From Nitrospirota bacterium (GTDB lineage: Bacteria; Nitrospirota; UBA9217), in NCBI GenBank assembly GCA_963796285.1, contig CAWCKW010000012.1:864001-928000 (forward strand): a stretch of 64,000 bases of DNA, given 5' to 3'. The notes beneath the pieces were generated by a model. It was not told the DNA's origin, did no database searches, and was given only the letters and a program-made list of their open reading frames with translations. Within the stretch, counting starts at the first letter, position 1. Each line of letters opens with the position of its first letter. The position numbers and the translations under genes are program-made. Shown here piece after piece: positions 61,533-64,000 of this stretch.

Positions 61533-63071
61533 CTAAGTGGTAGGGCACCTTGAAAACGCTAGACCGGCAACCGATTTTGGTACGATGACGGAATCGTGGC
61601 TGCCGTAAGGGCTCGGCAGATAACCATAAAATTTGTCATCCTTGACACGGACCACGTAGGTCCCGGTCTTGGTCTTCTGATAACCACTGAACACGCCGAA
61701 CAGCCATTTCCCGTCATCGGTGATCGCGATTGTGTGCGTGTCCGGTCCTATATCTATGGTCTTGGTAATTTTCCAAGTCTTGGTGTCGATAGCGGCAATG
61801 CCGTTCGTGCTCGGGGATGGCCACCAGAGCGTGACATACATCTTGCTGCCATCGGGCGTAAAGCACATGTGGAACGGATTAGGATAAGCACCGCGCCAGC
61901 TGGGATCTCCGACTCCCGCAATTCTTCTCCAACTCGTAGGATCTGACTGATTGCTCGAATCGAAGACCGCCATAATGTTCTCCCGGCTGTTGTTCATGAG
62001 GATAAAACGGTTTCCGTCGGGACTGAAGCCCGCCTGATGTGCCGGCGTGGGAACATTCTTAAAGACAGCCTTCCATTCCCCGTTGCCTACTTTCTGTACC
62101 GGTACCTGGAAGCCCTGCTTGGCATGCTTATCGGATCCCACGCAGATGGCTTTCGGTTCCCACGTGGTCGTATCGAAAACGACGCCGCATCCGGGGAGGC
62201 GGAGGGCTGCAATAGCATAGTTCTTGTGGTTCGGATCCCAGCAAAGGGAGTCGAGGGCGACGAGGTTCTTCAGCCGGGGGCCGGGCACTTTCCCCTGCTC
62301 AGCGAAAAGTTCACCGCCGGGAACAAGCTCCCAGTCAGTCTTGCATCCCTTGGTCCCTTTCAGGTCGTAGGGGGCATGAAGCTTTTTGATGGTGAGCGTT
62401 CCCCCGTCCAACCAAACCCGCGAAAGTTCCGAATTGTTATACTCCCAGTCAAAGAGGACTGCGGCCTCCACGGTAGAATGACCCGCGCCTTCACCCTTCT
62501 TGAATACCGCCATGATGTCCTTCTGGCCGTCACACACGGAGAACCGTTTGTTATCCGGCGCCACAGTGACGTGCACACCAAGGCCGATGCCCGTAGTTTC
62601 CGCAACGTCTTCCAGGACGTTCATCTTGGTGCCATCGTAATTGCATCTCCAGATATTGAACCCTTCTGCGGGGTCCTTCACGGGTGTGGTCACACCGTAG
62701 ATATACAGGTTTTTCCCCCCCTGGGAATCGACGATCCACTCGAATTCCTTGTAGGGGTCTGGAGAAGCAAATGCGGCGAGATGGTGAACGATGGGTGTTT
62801 TATTTCCGGCCCATATGCTCATATTCATCGAGGCAAGACATTGACCGGTCGACATATCATGGGCGGCGACGCCGCCGGCGAACTTGCCCGGGACCAGATG
62901 AATGTATTTCCCGATCTGGTCGTAGACATCCTGGAACGTAGGGTCCCCGAATATGCCGGCTTCAGCGGTGTTGGGTGACATGCCAACTCTTATGGAACCC
63001 ATTTTGGATGCCAAACCGGCTGCTGCACTTGCAATACCAAACTTGAATAAACCGCGTCTCGTTAGTTTCAT
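61533..63071 (-). CDS. tcdh: Thiocyanate dehydrogenase (thiocyanate desulfurase) homologue, Tat-exported copper beta-propeller
   Basis: TRRGLFK Tat signal; matches the recalled Thioalkalivibrio TcDH along its length: PGKF, HHLAAF.SPDPYKEFE, QGGKNL.IYG, GLGVHVT, DGQKD, DWELVPGGEL, HQAGFSPDG, WRGAYPN.FHM, WWPSP, GPD.HT, SGYQ, LPSP.G.HD. Confidence 0.92.
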   Translation of the reverse strand: MKLTRRGLFKFGIASAAAGLASKMGSIRVGMSPNTAEAGIFGDPTFQDVYDQIGKYIHLVPGKFAGGVAAHDMSTGQCLASMNMSIWAGNKTPIVHHLAAFASPDPYKEFEWIVDSQGGKNLYIYGVTTPVKDPAEGFNIWRCNYDGTKMNVLEDVAETTGIGLGVHVTVAPDNKRFSVCDGQKDIMAVFKKGEGAGHSTVEAAVLFDWEYNNSELSRVWLDGGTLTIKKLHAPYDLKGTKGCKTDWELVPGGELFAEQGKVPGPRLKNLVALDSLCWDPNHKNYAIAALRLPGCGVVFDTTTWEPKAICVGSDKHAKQGFQVPVQKVGNGEWKAVFKNVPTPAHQAGFSPDGNRFILMNNSRENIMAVFDSSNQSDPTSWRRIAGVGDPSWRGAYPNPFHMCFTPDGSKMYVTLWWPSPSTNGIAAIDTKTWKITKTIDIGPDTHTIAITDDGKWLFGVFSGYQKTKTGTYVVRVKDDKFYGYLPSPYGSHDSVIVPKSVAGLAFSRCPTT

Positions 63072-63165
63072 TTTACGCTCCTTTTGTCTGTTATTTTATT
63101 TTAGATCCCGCCCTGATGAATCACTACGTTAAGCACCCCTTTTCGCCTCCTCTCATGCTCAAGAT

Positions 63166-63181
63166 AGCAAAACGCATGCCC
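63166..63181 (-). promoter_or_regulatory. Sigma54 -24/-12 promoter of the tcdh operon
   Basis: Minus strand GGGCATGCGTTTTGCT = GG-N10-GC with TTGCT, 95 bp upstream of the start codon. Confidence 0.85.
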
Positions 63182-63196
63182 AACCATGCCTATTTT

Positions 63197-63209
63197 CAAC
63201 TAACTGATT
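63197..63209 (-). promoter_or_regulatory. IHF-type binding site
   Basis: AATCAGTTAGTTG fits WATCARNNNNTTR; lies between promoter and enhancer. Confidence 0.65.
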
Positions 63210-63245
63210 TATTGGAATCCCTAGAATGGAACGCACAGACTATAT

Positions 63246-63291
63246 TTTCAAAGTGAAACATTGAAATGAAGGTGGTTTTCCAATGTGAAAC
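63246..63291. promoter_or_regulatory. Tandem upstream activator sequences
   Basis: TTTCAAAGTGAAAC (63246) and TTCCAATGTGAAAC (63278), near-palindromic, 32 bp apart. Confidence 0.65.
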
Positions 63292-63615
63292 GTTTTTTGC
63301 CGATAAAGCTTACATTATAATATTGTGTTGACACTGCCTGGAATGACGGACATCTGAGCATCGGCTATGAATACAATGACAACCATGACGATGCGACTGT
63401 CGGCATGGGTCCCTCCAAACTTATGACTCTGATATGGTAGACAGTGTCAGGATCAGCAAACCTGCATTCCGCACTGTTATCTTATGTACTCATGAAAGTG
63501 ATCATTGCAATCATTGAACAATCGCATGCTTCCACCCTTCATGGCCTGGTTTATGCCGCGCATTTTTTACGAAACTTCGAGAAGCGATGTGAAAACGTAT
63601 AATTATAATTTTACA

Positions 63616-63644
63616 TTGACAAGCTTTTTTGTTCGCCTTATATT
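63616..63644 (+). promoter_or_regulatory. Sigma70-type promoter, probably giving a leaderless mRNA
   Basis: TTGACA-N17-TATATT, 6 nt before the ATG at 63651; no SD. Confidence 0.7.
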
Positions 63645-63650
63645 GCAAAC

Positions 63651-63935
63651 ATGAAATGGAAGGCCATCATCATACTTTTGGCAATCGCCCTCAGTATCGT
63701 TGTTCCTCCATCGCTGCCTTTTCTGTCCGATCAAGGCGCGATGGCAGCAATTGGGACTCTTGATATCTGCCATTCCTCAACGCCTGCCCTGTCTTCAAAC
63801 GGCGACATGCCGTGTATCAATGAGTGCCCCTGCGGTCCCCTTCCTATGGAGCTGGAAAACGCAGCGGAAATTGCACCCTCCCCGTGTAAACCTTTCTTGC
63901 TTGCCTATCAAGACGAACGTCCTCCGAAACACTAA
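63651..63935 (+). CDS. Small signal-peptide protein with Cys motifs and C-terminal RPP (CutF/CruR/DUF2946-like leader)
   Basis: Hydrophobic N-terminus, LDICH, PCINECPC, ends DERPPKH. Confidence 0.65.
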   Translation: MKWKAIIILLAIALSIVVPPSLPFLSDQGAMAAIGTLDICHSSTPALSSNGDMPCINECPCGPLPMELENAAEIAPSPCKPFLLAYQDERPPKH

Positions 63936-64000
63936 TCTGTAGTTCAAAGCCGAAGTCGTCAGTATTCCCCCTCGGAATAGGTATGCGTAAGGTATGCGCA

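Noticed and set aside
61533-63071. Nitrous oxide reductase or generic YVTN beta-propeller
   Set aside because: No C-terminal CuA domain; the motifs match TcDH specifically along the whole length

Overview
The window has three parts. (1) About 1-14.6 kb and 23-46.4 kb are core genome of a Gram-negative bacterium; gene content and order suggest Nitrospirota or a deltaproteobacterial-like lineage (inference only). This includes a long minus-strand envelope operon (hemW-bamA-skp-lpxD-fabZ-lpxA-lpxI-gnnA-gnnB-lpxB-msbA-DUF374-waaA-lpxK'), clpC, the rimP-nusA-infB-rbfA-truB-rpsO-pnp operon, cspA, HU, relA/spoT, recJ, tatA and mobA. Many of these genes carry single-base frameshifts that look like assembly errors. 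(2) About 14.7-23.1 kb is a small accessory/defence patch: a REP doublet, a Y1-transposase scrap, a type I HsdM scrap, a HEPN-like gene, a type IIG restriction-modification enzyme and a MazG-like gene. (3) About 46.4-64 kb is a sulfur/copper island and the main finding. It holds a Tat-exported thiocyanate dehydrogenase (TcDH) homologue with all recognisable copper-site motifs intact, behind a complete sigma54/IHF/enhancer promoter. Downstream are a 3-permease/2-ATPase MacB/LolCDE-type ABC system with Cys motifs, three related unknown exported proteins, a YtkA/FixH-like protein and two extra tatA-family genes. Facing these, on the other strand, are a pentaheme ExtKL/MccSep-like cytochrome (Cys instead of Sec), a periplasmic rhodanese ending in Gly-Cys and a sigma54 two-component system. 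The hypothesis is a thiocyanate-oxidation module coupled to sulfane-sulfur handling or reduction. All family assignments come from motif recognition and recalled sequences; no database search was run.
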